A stretch of DNA of 64,000 bases, from contig NC_086109.1 in NCBI RefSeq assembly GCF_963921235.1, positions 14,138,001 to 14,202,000 on the forward strand, in the 5' to 3' direction. Below are positions 63,701 to 64,000 of the stretch, piece by piece (within the stretch, counting starts at the first letter, position 1; each line of letters begins with the position of its first letter). The notes under the pieces were generated by a model. That model ran no database searches. It was not told where the DNA came from and saw only the letters and a program-made list of their open reading frames with translations. This DNA comes from Mobula hypostoma (taxonomy: Eukaryota). A program made the position numbers and the translations under genes.

Positions 63701-64000
63701 AGACTTCAGCAGACGTTGGTGCCAGGGCCACAGATGGAAGAGGTGAAGGACACCCACGTACAAAATCACTCTCATGGAAAGAAGATTCCCAAGACCGATC
63801 AAGAACTGAATAAATACACTTCCATTACATACTGCAGTCAAATCATTTTGTTGGCTAAACTTGTGCCCAAACAATTCATTTCAAAAGCCAGGTACATCCA
63901 AAGAGTTTTAAACAGAATGAATAAAGAACCCCCAAATTCCAAAATGGAAATTTAAACTATAAGCACCAATGCATCCACATACACATGATAATGATGGGAT

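Noticed and set aside
50837..64000. Expected upstream ETNK exon with the CHNDLL motif
   Set aside because: Not found by eye on the minus strand. It probably lies beyond the window.

Overview
Vertebrate genomic DNA, most likely from a cartilaginous fish (ray or shark; inferred from the repeat families), and heavily loaded with transposable elements. The only host gene I can support is an ethanolamine kinase, probably ETNK2, on the minus strand. Its last four coding exons (50753-50836, 46560-46720, 31748-31821, 31286-31358) have canonical, phase-compatible splice sites, and a probable 3' UTR of about 3.5 kb ends near 27800. Upstream exons were not found in the window. Most of the rest is nested mobile DNA: CR1 LINEs (one with uninterrupted ORF2), Penelope-like (GIY-YIG) elements whose terminal repeats carry a minimal hammerhead-ribozyme motif, a 5'-inverted L1 with TSD, a head-to-head R4/Rex6-like pair, RTE and Rex1/Babar fragments, a solo LTR, a decayed env-bearing endogenous retrovirus inside an ETNK intron, a TIR-bounded Tigger/pogo transposon, Tc1-like fragments and MITEs. 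Family names come from recalled motifs, not database searches. Boundaries of old elements are approximate.
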